From: a virus
Length of the DNA stretch: 64,000 nt
Strand: one strand, 5' to 3'
Virus genome (UHGV): UHGV-1376088
Part shown: in pieces, positions 10,285 through 19,961 of the stretch
Position numbering within the stretch: the first letter of the stretch is position 1
How the letters are laid out: each line of letters begins with the position of its first letter
Notes under the pieces: model-generated
Database searches by the model: none
What the model was told of the DNA's origin: nothing
What the model saw: the letters and a program-made list of their open reading frames with translations, nothing else
Translations under genes and position numbers: made by a program

Positions 10285-13200
10285 CTATTCCAAGACTATC
10301 GCCTTTGTAATATTTGTATCTAATTCTATATGGCTTACCTATATCTTCATCGGAGAAGAATACAAGACCCGTATAGGGCTCTATTTTTACTTGTCCAGCC
10401 GAGATGTTTGCAGCGACTCCACCACGATTTGGCTTATCTGATTTTACGAAGAATTTAGGCTCAAGATCTAGGTAATTTGTATATACAACCTCTGCACTTC
10501 TGCCATCTATCTCGATATTTATCATATCTGGAGAACCGATAAAAGGCAACCCATAAAACACCGGATCGAATGTGCCAGACCGAGAAGCTTCATTTCCAAG
10601 TCTTGTGCATAATGCTCCTCTATATACATATTCAAATGTTGGCAATTTCATCTCTGGATCGACATTTATCTCATCGCCATTTAATGTGCCAGGAGTGGAA
10701 CTTGTAAAGCCAACCTTTATCGTACCGGATACCTTAGATGTTGTTACTGGCACTATAGTGACATAACTCATCTGATATGAACCAGAGGAATCAGATCCGG
10801 ATGTCCATATCACTTTATCGCCATCGTTTACAGTGACACCCATTTTTTCTGAATCAATAGTTATTGAGAAATTACTAGGATTCTGCAGCAATGTATTTGT
10901 AGGTAATAAAAAATCGTCTAAATAATTAGGCCTTTTCGTATTACAATGGTATGACACGCCTGACCCAATGTTGGATACAAATATATTTTTATAATTAAAA
11001 TATTCTCCAGAGCTTTGAGATGTTTTTATTGATATAAGGAATGTCCCCTTAAGTGTTGATAAGTCAAACTTCATTTTGGACGATCCTGGAAGTATATATT
11101 GTGGATAAGCATTATGGATATATCCTAAAAGGGTATGAGTCTTGTCTTTTGTTTTTAGTCTTCCGTCTCTTGTTAGGTACATATTTGTTTTTGTGCAAAT
11201 AGGGTGACGATATTTAGGTTTATTATTTTCCTCCGATACCGTACCAGACTGCTCAAATTCATTTGATACAGGCAAACAAGATTCCTCTATAGTAAATGAT
11301 GCAGTAGAAACATTGTCGTTAACGTAGGCATAAGTCCTGTGGAACACAAAGCAATCACCTGCAACGAAATTATCTCCTGATGCTAAGAATTGTACACCAT
11401 CTATTTCAAAATTACTTGATGATGTTTTAAATTTAGACTCTTTAACTTTTGTAAAAGACTGACTCTCGCTAGAATAATAATCAAATATATCTGGATTATC
11501 CTTGGATATACCTATATTTGGACCGGAAACTAATGTATAAGTTTTACTAAAACCGCTTCTTCTTACATCAAGAGACCATCTCCCATTGCTAATACTATTA
11601 GGATTCTCGCCTATGCCACTAACTATAGGATTACCATTACTGTCGATAATGGCATGCATAGTTTTAGAATATTCATTTGATGTTGAAGCACTCATATTAT
11701 ATCTATACTCATATCTTTTAATATCGCCATAAGCTATATTTATCGCTTCATATCCTACCATAACAGGACGTCCGTCAATAGCAATGCCCCATGCTGCACC
11801 TGGCTGAAGAGAATATTTCTCTGAGTTAACCATGTCCCTTATTGTTGTCTTCTCTGCCTCTGCCTTTTGTGGACCAATACATATCGGTATCAACGACACA
11901 CCATTGGATTTTTCACTACCAATTGGATATGATTGATAGTAATCTCTGTCTGAGCTATATGGCGTACCTGAACCCTTTTTCTCAGTCTTTAGTTCTATAA
12001 ATGGAATCTCTGAGTTGTAATAATGCGCTAACAGACATATACCAACACTATTACCGTCTCTAGATAACACAAATCCCATATTGCTATATTTTAATTTATT
12101 CTCATAATCAAATGCAGCATCGAATCCTGAACTTACACCCATTAGCTGTTTTTTAACAGTTGAGAATGGTTTAGTGTTCCATGTCTCACCCATGTTATCA
12201 GAATACATTATGCCGGAATCTGTTATAATTGCAACTCCGCCTTTGCCATTTCCAGAAATTGCATATACGCGTTCGATACCATCCTTTGTAACCCTCTTAA
12301 CAACAGGAGTCTCATCAGTATCGTTATCAAATTCTACCTTGTATAATCCGCTTTCACCACATCCGATCAATAGCCCCTTTTTGCTATCATTCCATGCGAT
12401 ACCAGTAATTTGTATACCTCTATTTTCATGTGGCAAGTTGGTCTCATCCAAGATTATATACCTTGAATTCCCTATAGATGTGAGTAGAACACCTTTTCTA
12501 ATAACGATAGCGATATTCTGTCCATACAGTGGCCATATTGCAGGAGAAGACTCATAATACATTCCATCCGGATGGTTATACTTTTTATACACCATACCAT
12601 TTATATTGCCAGGGTAGGATAGGTGCGGAATAGGTTCAAATGATTGAACATTGGAATTTCCATAATATCCAGAAACTATAGTTTTTCTAACCCTAAATTC
12701 AGAATCAGACAGCGATCCGCCTTTTAGTACATCAATCTCCCATCTTTCGGGAAGACCATATCTTTCCGTTGCGGATATTGCCTTTATAGACCCTGTACCC
12801 TTTTTAATGGATGATGCCTCAAAAAATGGTTTAATTGAGGAACTAATATTGACCCTTGTCTTTGAGAAGGTTGTACTAACACCTTTTCCATTGCTAATTT
12901 TTCTAATTGATTCTGGTGATATAGACCTTCTGCTGGCACCAACACAGCCTATGATACTTCCTGATTTTTTCATATCCTCATATGAAACATCGCTGATTAT
13001 AACTGGAGACATAATATTTTTATGACTATACCTATTTATAGTAGCATTCCTGTCGCTACCGGTAAATGCCCTCATAATAAGGCTGTTATATTGAGAACTT
13101 TTCATATTTGTGTCTAACAACCCAAATATTACTTTATCATCATCATCAATATCCCATGTTGTTGAGTCGATACCCATTCCACCTACGGAATCCTTATAAT

Positions 13201-13834
13201 TCAATGGATATGATATACTGCCTTCACCATGACCATCTCCGTTGTAGCTATACGACAGTACACCAGAAAGGTTTGTTATATACTCCCTTTCAGAGTCTCC
13301 TGATACTATAACCTTGTATGTTATATCCACTACTGTTGCAGAATCTTGCACTATAATCTCGTCCAAAGGTGTGTAGAACTCTGTTCCTTCAGTATTTATA
13401 TTTAAAGCTATTGTACCGATCTTCCTTACGCCAGAATCTGGGGCATATAGAACACCCTTGAAAACTATAACAGTTCTTCCACTAGAATCTTTATCATATC
13501 TTAAATTTTCTACACCAGTAACATCTGTTACAACCCTTGATGCCTGACCATCTTGGAATATGCACTTACCTCTTCTCCATCCCTCCTCGTCCCTATTGTC
13601 CATATAATAGTACGGTGTCTTTGGCATCCTATATGGCATAGTATATATAAAACTGATAGGATTACTACTGCTAGATTGTCTTATCATCAACGTATATGTT
13701 TCACCTATATACCCGGTATTAGAGAACATCATCTTTGCAGGGATTGTCTGGATATTTTTGCAGGATATCTCTTTCTTAATCCTGCCAGTTTCTTTGTCTT
13801 TTAATGTTATTGTAGGATAACCGTATGAGTTCAT
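10265..13834 (-). CDS. 1189-aa virion structural protein with a BNR/Asp-box motif (fibre/receptor-binding candidate)
   Basis: Long ORF; canonical Asp-box S-x-D-x-G-x-T-W (YSDNMGETWN); many Gly/Tyr-rich beta-type segments. Confidence 0.55.
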   Translation of the reverse strand: MNSYGYPTITLKDKETGRIKKEISCKNIQTIPAKMMFSNTGYIGETYTLMIRQSSSSNPISFIYTMPYRMPKTPYYYMDNRDEEGWRRGKCIFQDGQASRVVTDVTGVENLRYDKDSSGRTVIVFKGVLYAPDSGVRKIGTIALNINTEGTEFYTPLDEIIVQDSATVVDITYKVIVSGDSEREYITNLSGVLSYSYNGDGHGEGSISYPLNYKDSVGGMGIDSTTWDIDDDDKVIFGLLDTNMKSSQYNSLIMRAFTGSDRNATINRYSHKNIMSPVIISDVSYEDMKKSGSIIGCVGASRRSISPESIRKISNGKGVSTTFSKTRVNISSSIKPFFEASSIKKGTGSIKAISATERYGLPERWEIDVLKGGSLSDSEFRVRKTIVSGYYGNSNVQSFEPIPHLSYPGNINGMVYKKYNHPDGMYYESSPAIWPLYGQNIAIVIRKGVLLTSIGNSRYIILDETNLPHENRGIQITGIAWNDSKKGLLIGCGESGLYKVEFDNDTDETPVVKRVTKDGIERVYAISGNGKGGVAIITDSGIMYSDNMGETWNTKPFSTVKKQLMGVSSGFDAAFDYENKLKYSNMGFVLSRDGNSVGICLLAHYYNSEIPFIELKTEKKGSGTPYSSDRDYYQSYPIGSEKSNGVSLIPICIGPQKAEAEKTTIRDMVNSEKYSLQPGAAWGIAIDGRPVMVGYEAINIAYGDIKRYEYRYNMSASTSNEYSKTMHAIIDSNGNPIVSGIGENPNSISNGRWSLDVRRSGFSKTYTLVSGPNIGISKDNPDIFDYYSSESQSFTKVKESKFKTSSSNFEIDGVQFLASGDNFVAGDCFVFHRTYAYVNDNVSTASFTIEESCLPVSNEFEQSGTVSEENNKPKYRHPICTKTNMYLTRDGRLKTKDKTHTLLGYIHNAYPQYILPGSSKMKFDLSTLKGTFLISIKTSQSSGEYFNYKNIFVSNIGSGVSYHCNTKRPNYLDDFLLPTNTLLQNPSNFSITIDSEKMGVTVNDGDKVIWTSGSDSSGSYQMSYVTIVPVTTSKVSGTIKVGFTSSTPGTLNGDEINVDPEMKLPTFEYVYRGALCTRLGNEASRSGTFDPVFYGLPFIGSPDMINIEIDGRSAEVVYTNYLDLEPKFFVKSDKPNRGGVAANISAGQVKIEPYTGLVFFSDEDIGKPYRIRYKYYKGDSLGIGEEIIE

Positions 13835-15039
13835 TATTGTCCGCCGGATGTAATCGTTACTTTTACTGAAGAAGAATTTAGCGAGAGTGTACTTAACATA
13901 TCTTCAGAAATGAGTCTTTTCTGTTTAAAGTCATTAGACTTGATATTTGATACAGCTGATGACCAAGGAATAGCTATAGATGATAAACTGTCGTTATATT
14001 TATATGATGACTGTTTGGGGTCTGCTGATAATATTCGTGAATTAACAGAGCTCCCGCCCTTTAATGTAATTGATTCTACTATATCAATTGCGTTTGGGCC
14101 GCTGTATGGTGGAATCTGATCAGATATTAGTGCCCTATATTCTCCGCCAAAGATAGTTTTTATCTTTAACAATGGAGATTCTGAGTCTCCAAATACAGAT
14201 TCTACTATACCATTATTATATGTTGAATTGCCTGTTACTGATATTTCTGTTAAATCTGCCTTAAGATCGTCGCTTATCTGACCTCTAAATCTTCCGCCTG
14301 GAGATTTAAATAGGATTTCATTCTTAGGCTTTGCGCCGAAGTCTTCTCCGACTGTGGTATTTATAAGCCTATATTCTGCAGGTAGAATCTTTGAATATGA
14401 ACTATATGGATCATTAGAAACCAAACCTACTGATGTCTCCTTCTGAGACTCGGCCATGTCCTCAATAATAACTATTGCCTGACCGTTTTCTATTTTTATG
14501 TTGGTCTTCTCGACATAGACAAATACGTCTTTATCGTTAATTATTGATAACCCATTAGCTTTATCTGTGAAGTCAGTTTCAGGAATATTGAAGTAGAATT
14601 TATATTTATATTTAGGATCACCAGAGTCTTTTACTTGTTTTTCTATTAGCTCAAGAACAAATCTTTGTGGCAATATAGAAAGTCTTTTTGATAAAACCTT
14701 TTTTGTTTCCTCTAAAACAGTTTCCTCATTGTCGACTTCTTTTAGTCTTATTGGGGTGAATTCATCACCCATGAGCTGTTTATTTAAGTATTCGAATTCA
14801 GATAATTTTACACGGTTATATCTAAATTTTGTTTTACCAAATACGTTCTTAAATGGTATTCCTATTACTTGTATTTCACTGGATCCATGAACGTCTTCTA
14901 CCTGTATCGGCTTTTTCAATACAAGGCCGCCAGGAAGATATTCCATATTCCTATCAGCAAATCCTCGTGCCATCAACTCTGAGAAGTTTTCTACATCTGT
15001 CTTCTTCCAGTCTATTGGCATTAACTCTCTATCTGACAT
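13834..15039 (-). CDS. 401-aa hypothetical baseplate/tail protein
   Basis: ORF track; operon context. Confidence 0.5.
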   Translation of the reverse strand: MSDRELMPIDWKKTDVENFSELMARGFADRNMEYLPGGLVLKKPIQVEDVHGSSEIQVIGIPFKNVFGKTKFRYNRVKLSEFEYLNKQLMGDEFTPIRLKEVDNEETVLEETKKVLSKRLSILPQRFVLELIEKQVKDSGDPKYKYKFYFNIPETDFTDKANGLSIINDKDVFVYVEKTNIKIENGQAIVIIEDMAESQKETSVGLVSNDPYSSYSKILPAEYRLINTTVGEDFGAKPKNEILFKSPGGRFRGQISDDLKADLTEISVTGNSTYNNGIVESVFGDSESPLLKIKTIFGGEYRALISDQIPPYSGPNAIDIVESITLKGGSSVNSRILSADPKQSSYKYNDSLSSIAIPWSSAVSNIKSNDFKQKRLISEDMLSTLSLNSSSVKVTITSGGQ

Positions 15040-15064
15040 TATATATCCTTCTGGCGTACTTGTT

Positions 15065-15718
15065 TTACGGAGATTCGACTACTGGTTTATTGTTACTTTC
15101 ACCTTCACCAGCTTTATCTCCAAGATGTTCTGAACTGTTAAAGTTATCGGACTCTTTATATTGTCTAGCATATACTATAAATTCGTTATAGTATCTTCTT
15201 ACATTCTGTTCCCACCTTGTAAAGATTGCTGCGCGATTATCGGGTTTTATTGTAACTTTCCATTTTTTAACACCCTCTTGCCCAGCTACATCTTCAATAA
15301 ACTCTACGTTGTCAACTAAATTAAAGTATGCGGCTTTAATTCCTGCCTCTGTATTCTCTCTTACAATAAATGGTACGTCCGGCACTCCGACTGTCTCTGT
15401 TTGAGAGAATTCTAATAGTGCTAAGTCCACTCTTCCGTATGATAAAAGTATAGTTACGGGGCCGCCATCCCTATTCATAAGATGACAGCCATCTGTAACA
15501 ATTTCGGCTATTGTGTTGTATTTAAACGCATTTGTTTGAGATGGGTTAGTATAAACCTTTGTTACTGCACATGCATCCTTGATGTCTACATTATTATCCT
15601 TAAGCTCTTTTTCAAGTCTCGGATTAATAGATGCAAACAGATCAAGGACCCATCCATCTGTATTTAAAACCTTGCCACTTCTAAGTAACCATGGCTTTAA
15701 CTCAAGCTCTCTACTCAT
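15065..15718 (-). CDS. 217-aa hypothetical baseplate protein
   Basis: ORF track; operon context. Confidence 0.5.
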   Translation of the reverse strand: MSRELELKPWLLRSGKVLNTDGWVLDLFASINPRLEKELKDNNVDIKDACAVTKVYTNPSQTNAFKYNTIAEIVTDGCHLMNRDGGPVTILLSYGRVDLALLEFSQTETVGVPDVPFIVRENTEAGIKAAYFNLVDNVEFIEDVAGQEGVKKWKVTIKPDNRAAIFTRWEQNVRRYYNEFIVYARQYKESDNFNSSEHLGDKAGEGESNNKPVVESP

Positions 15719-16695
15719 CTTCTAAATCCTGGTAGGTATCTATCTCTTATGAAGTCAAGGTTTACAAATCTTCTTGCATCTTCAGAGTCTGTTGATAATG
15801 GCGTAGGTTTCACTGGAGTTGGCTTAGACGGAACAGTAGGGTTAAACTCTACACTAATAGTCGGAGGAGGCACTTCGACTTTAACCTCTGATTTACGAGA
15901 ATCATCCTTAAAGGAGTCGCCCGGGTTAAAGTTGTATGACTCTGTTTTAGCAAATTGATCTGGATATCGGATAACATTACCTGTATTGTCAGTTACCTTA
16001 CCAGCATCAATAAGCCACCATTCTATACCGCCAACATTAAATCCGTCCTGAATACCGACAATTGCGCCTATAGAGTTTAGGCTGTCTATTAAGCCTTCGA
16101 CCTCTATTCTAGAACATATGATAGTCGGATCATAATTTCCGCCTGTAACCTTATATTCTACATCTGTCTTGATTATAGTACATCCGTTAGATGAGTCTTT
16201 ATTCAATACAGCCTTATCTAGGCAGCAATTATTAGGCTCAGAGAATTTAACCTCAAAAGTGTCAGATTCTAGACCGCGAGGGATTTTACTTCCTAAGACG
16301 ATACTTTCCTCTTTGATGTCAATCTTCTTAGCTTCAAGGTTATAAAGAACGCCAGGGTCATAGACTTTTGAGTCAACCCACTTCTCCCCGCGAATAATCT
16401 GTGTAGTGTCCACTGGGAAACTATTATATCTATAAATAGAGATTGAAATAGGTGAAAGGGTTTTAAGATATGATGCGATTTGCGCTTCTGTTGCTTCTTC
16501 TGACGGAATAACGGAGGGGATATACAAAAATAAGCCATCTTTATCTTCGGCTATAAATGGTATATCCCCATATTTAACATACTCGGAAATTTCCTTTATT
16601 TCGCCTACTACTGCTTCCGGAGAGCCTCGGTCCCTAGTGTCGCCCGATTCACCTGTTAAACCAGTAGGTGTATTTTGTGGGTTTCTTGTTTCCAT
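15715..16695 (-). CDS. 326-aa hypothetical baseplate protein
   Basis: ORF track; 4-nt overlap with the upstream gene. Confidence 0.5.
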   Translation of the reverse strand: METRNPQNTPTGLTGESGDTRDRGSPEAVVGEIKEISEYVKYGDIPFIAEDKDGLFLYIPSVIPSEEATEAQIASYLKTLSPISISIYRYNSFPVDTTQIIRGEKWVDSKVYDPGVLYNLEAKKIDIKEESIVLGSKIPRGLESDTFEVKFSEPNNCCLDKAVLNKDSSNGCTIIKTDVEYKVTGGNYDPTIICSRIEVEGLIDSLNSIGAIVGIQDGFNVGGIEWWLIDAGKVTDNTGNVIRYPDQFAKTESYNFNPGDSFKDDSRKSEVKVEVPPPTISVEFNPTVPSKPTPVKPTPLSTDSEDARRFVNLDFIRDRYLPGFRR

Positions 16696-16713
16696 ATTAA
16701 CCTTAGTTGAAGT

Positions 16714-18063
16714 TTATTTGACACGTACATGCTTAACTGCCCAATAGCCTTTTTGACTTGGATTATCAGGATCTGTTTGAACTACCCATTCAACCTCTGA
16801 GTTTTTAGCATCAGAATATGTAGGTAAGAGGCGCTTCAAGTGCTCGGGGGTATCAGAGGCCTCAACCAACTTATTAATAGGCGCGATGGCATCATACCTG
16901 CCGAACTTATTAGGTTCATAGCCATATCTCAGCATCCGATCTTCTGAATAGAGATACCGTGAATCACTGAAGTCTGGGATAGAGTGTACAGGCTTCTCAA
17001 CAAAAGCATTCTGGTCTGTAACCCTAGATACAGGCGCTGATTTGTCATCTTTCATATATTTAATGAGCTTAGCCCGCTGTCTTTCTGCTTCTTCGGCGTA
17101 ATTTCCATCTGCCCTTGCTCCAACATATTTATCTCCCTGAATACCGAGGGCATATGCCCACATATTATATGCAGGGATGATATGGCCACCATAGGCAACT
17201 GTTCCATCGACAATAAGATTTGAATAGTCGTCTAGCCAATTTTTATCGACCCAGTCTCTCGGTTTTCGATAAATGCCAAGTGCAGTGTCCCACACCCTCC
17301 AGCCATATTCGCCCCAGTCTTTCTCATTGAGCTTTCCAGGGAGTCTATATTTTCCAGGTGTAACCCATTTGCCCTCCCACCAGTCATATACAGCATCTTC
17401 AGATGGTTTTTCTCCATTAGGACTACCAGACACAGTTGGAATAGTATGGGTTTTTGTTTCTTTAAGATGAAAAAATCCAGAACTCCATCCTTCAGAATCC
17501 TCACTCTTTTCTGTAAAGTACCCAACAAATCTAGGGTATTTAACCTTGTAGAAAGTTTCTTTTAATGGATACTCAACAGGAATATATCTCCAGTCTTCTA
17601 TGTAGGAGGTTCTTGCTCTTGTCCATTGCGGTAGAGCCCTGAAGTAGTCCGACTTATCCCCATGTGTTCTTTCATAGCCACCCACTATAAAACACCCATA
17701 TGTCTTATCCCAGCATACAATATCCCTGATTTTATTATACACTCTTTTTATGTATCTTTCCGATGGCTGTTTAAATGAGCCGACTTCAACCCATGTCTTA
17801 GTTATAGGATGATATACTAAATCTTTACCATTGCTTGATTTTTTAGCTATATAGCTTGGATAATCGTCATCATTGTCTGGCTCATACATAGTATAATCAA
17901 CTAGGCCTATGTCGCTCTCATCCCCAGATATCTCGTAGACCATATTGTGTCTATATGAACTATCGAAATTAAAAAAATTGAGCAGAGATTTGTTTTTTGT
18001 AAAAATCATATTGATATTCCAATTATAGTCTACAAGAATTATTATCGGTAATCTACCGCCCAA
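16714..18063 (-). CDS. 449-aa structural protein carrying a C-terminal ~65-aa module shared with the next gene
   Basis: C-terminal YGYEPNKFGRYDAIAPINKLVEASDTPEHLKRLLPTYSDAKNSEVEWVVQTD...YWAV aligns with two modules in the 636-aa protein. Confidence 0.55.
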   Translation of the reverse strand: MGGRLPIIILVDYNWNINMIFTKNKSLLNFFNFDSSYRHNMVYEISGDESDIGLVDYTMYEPDNDDDYPSYIAKKSSNGKDLVYHPITKTWVEVGSFKQPSERYIKRVYNKIRDIVCWDKTYGCFIVGGYERTHGDKSDYFRALPQWTRARTSYIEDWRYIPVEYPLKETFYKVKYPRFVGYFTEKSEDSEGWSSGFFHLKETKTHTIPTVSGSPNGEKPSEDAVYDWWEGKWVTPGKYRLPGKLNEKDWGEYGWRVWDTALGIYRKPRDWVDKNWLDDYSNLIVDGTVAYGGHIIPAYNMWAYALGIQGDKYVGARADGNYAEEAERQRAKLIKYMKDDKSAPVSRVTDQNAFVEKPVHSIPDFSDSRYLYSEDRMLRYGYEPNKFGRYDAIAPINKLVEASDTPEHLKRLLPTYSDAKNSEVEWVVQTDPDNPSQKGYWAVKHVRVK

Positions 18064-19952
18064 TAGCTTTCTGGCCGCGTTGTTTCAGTATCCGTCCGTG
18101 TCACCCATTCAAGTACAGAGTTCTTGCTGTCAACATATACAGGCAAACCTTCTTTTAGATACTCAGGAGTATCGTCGGCAATCACGTACTTCGTAATTGG
18201 CGCGACAGCAGGGTAGTCACCAAACTTATTAGGCTGGTATCCATAAGCTGCCATATTGTCGTTTGAGCTCCGAGCACGGTAACGCGGAAGCCTTGTATCT
18301 GCATGCACAGGTACAACTTTTACATCACGATCTTTAGCTGTAGTATCAGGAGCCGATGCAGCTGAAGTTGGTTCTTCATCAAGTTTGAGCGTCCAATAAC
18401 CTGTTTGCTCACCCTCAGCATCTTCCTTTTCTGTCCACTCAACTAATGAGTTGTGCTCGTCAAGATATAAAGGCTGTGTACTGCGTGCACTTTCAGGGGA
18501 ATCCTTGGCAACAACCCACTTAGTAACGTCACCTAGCGCAGGGTAGTTGCCATAAGCGTCTCGACTGTAACCTAAGTCGGTAGGCACATTGTCTTCATTA
18601 CGATAATGTACAGTCGGCGCAGATCCTACGCGATACTCTTTGATAAGTGCCCCATGGTCTTCAGGGTCATCGCTAACCACTCTGGCAGGGCTAGGCTCTG
18701 CAGGTACTGGCGCAGCAGGAGCAGGTTCGGTAGGCGCAGGCTCTTCTCTGCGCTCAGGGGCCGGCTCTTCACGACGCCCCGGTGCCGGTTCAGGACTATG
18801 TTCCGGATTAGCTGGCGCTGGCTCTGATGGTACAGGTTCAGCTGGTGCAGGTTCTTCACGGCGCGTAGGCGGCGAAGGTTCTTCTCGACGCTCAGGAGCG
18901 GGCTCAGGTCTTGGTTCAGGTCTTGGTTCAGGTCTTGGTTCAGGCTCAGGCTCGTGTCTTGTCTCAGATTCTGGCACAATCCCTATTTCAGACTCTCCAC
19001 GTACATTTAAAGATTCAAATCTGATTTTATGGTCAATTACATAAGGACCGTCTTTCATTTTCTCTGGAGGAGGTGGCGGTGGAGGTTGAACTGGGTCCTT
19101 ATGTGGACGCTCGCTCTTACCTGACAGCTTCTCAAATCTGTCCCTCATTACTGCACAATAGTTTATATATTTAGGAGGGAAGTTTAAGTAGATTCTTATA
19201 CCATCTGTACCTAGGTTTAGCTTTTCTTTGTCCAATGCAACCCTGATGCCACTTGATCCGTCTTTCTGCTTAATGATTTTCCACGGCGTTGGCAACTCAG
19301 CGATAGTGGTATTAGCACCTGCGGCATTCTTATTGTATTTTCTAGGGAATACAAATTTAGATACGCTATGTCTATATCCGGCCTTATAACTTTGCTCTAT
19401 TCTATTGATAAGGATTACATTGAAGTAGTCTGTGTATCTAAACTCTGTCTCGCTTCTTCTACTATATCTATAAGAACATTTGTAGTTTAAGAATAGCGGA
19501 TCCCTCTTTGCATTTGACACTCTAAAGGCTGTACGATAATTAAGTTTAAATCTGGTTTTACCAAGTTCAAGCTTATATCCAGCCTTATAGTTGTATCTAA
19601 TTCTCTCGCCAAATAGGAAGTGTCTTTTAAACATACTTCTATATTTGTATTCGGTTCTTTGTGAGAATTTTACACTATACCCCGCAAGATACCTTTGTTC
19701 AGTAGAGGTTATTTTTACCCCTACACGATATCCGCAAAAATATCGCATAGGTGGTTCTGGTTTATTAATCCAGAAATAGTCTCTATATCTCTGAACAACC
19801 TCTTTTCCGGTATCCATATTAAACCCGGAAGAGAATCTATATTGCTCTACATTTGAATAATATATAGTAATAGGGATTTTAATTGAGTTGTTTTGATGCC
19901 TAGCTAGGGCTATATGTTCAGAACTCAGATTTTCGTTAAAAATGATTATCAT
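18042..19952 (-). CDS. 636-aa structural protein: Tyr/Arg-rich beta-type N-domain, TonB-like Pro/Glu-rich linker, and two copies of a ~65-aa C-terminal module
   Basis: Low-complexity (EP)n/(RPEP)n/EPAP tract of about 110 aa; two copies of the YG.xPxxG.Y.A...V.A.D(T/S)PE...L..Y.D..NS.(V/L)EW....D......YW module. Confidence 0.55.
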   Translation of the reverse strand: MIIIFNENLSSEHIALARHQNNSIKIPITIYYSNVEQYRFSSGFNMDTGKEVVQRYRDYFWINKPEPPMRYFCGYRVGVKITSTEQRYLAGYSVKFSQRTEYKYRSMFKRHFLFGERIRYNYKAGYKLELGKTRFKLNYRTAFRVSNAKRDPLFLNYKCSYRYSRRSETEFRYTDYFNVILINRIEQSYKAGYRHSVSKFVFPRKYNKNAAGANTTIAELPTPWKIIKQKDGSSGIRVALDKEKLNLGTDGIRIYLNFPPKYINYCAVMRDRFEKLSGKSERPHKDPVQPPPPPPPEKMKDGPYVIDHKIRFESLNVRGESEIGIVPESETRHEPEPEPRPEPRPEPRPEPAPERREEPSPPTRREEPAPAEPVPSEPAPANPEHSPEPAPGRREEPAPERREEPAPTEPAPAAPVPAEPSPARVVSDDPEDHGALIKEYRVGSAPTVHYRNEDNVPTDLGYSRDAYGNYPALGDVTKWVVAKDSPESARSTQPLYLDEHNSLVEWTEKEDAEGEQTGYWTLKLDEEPTSAASAPDTTAKDRDVKVVPVHADTRLPRYRARSSNDNMAAYGYQPNKFGDYPAVAPITKYVIADDTPEYLKEGLPVYVDSKNSVLEWVTRTDTETTRPESYWAVDYR

Positions 19953-19961
19953 ATTGTAGCC

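Noticed and set aside
18626-19044. 117-aa minus-strand and 134-aa + strand ORFs with DLNQ / GAGSGLGSG repeats
   Set aside because: They are alternate-frame translations of the Pro/Glu-rich repeat DNA of the 636-aa gene.
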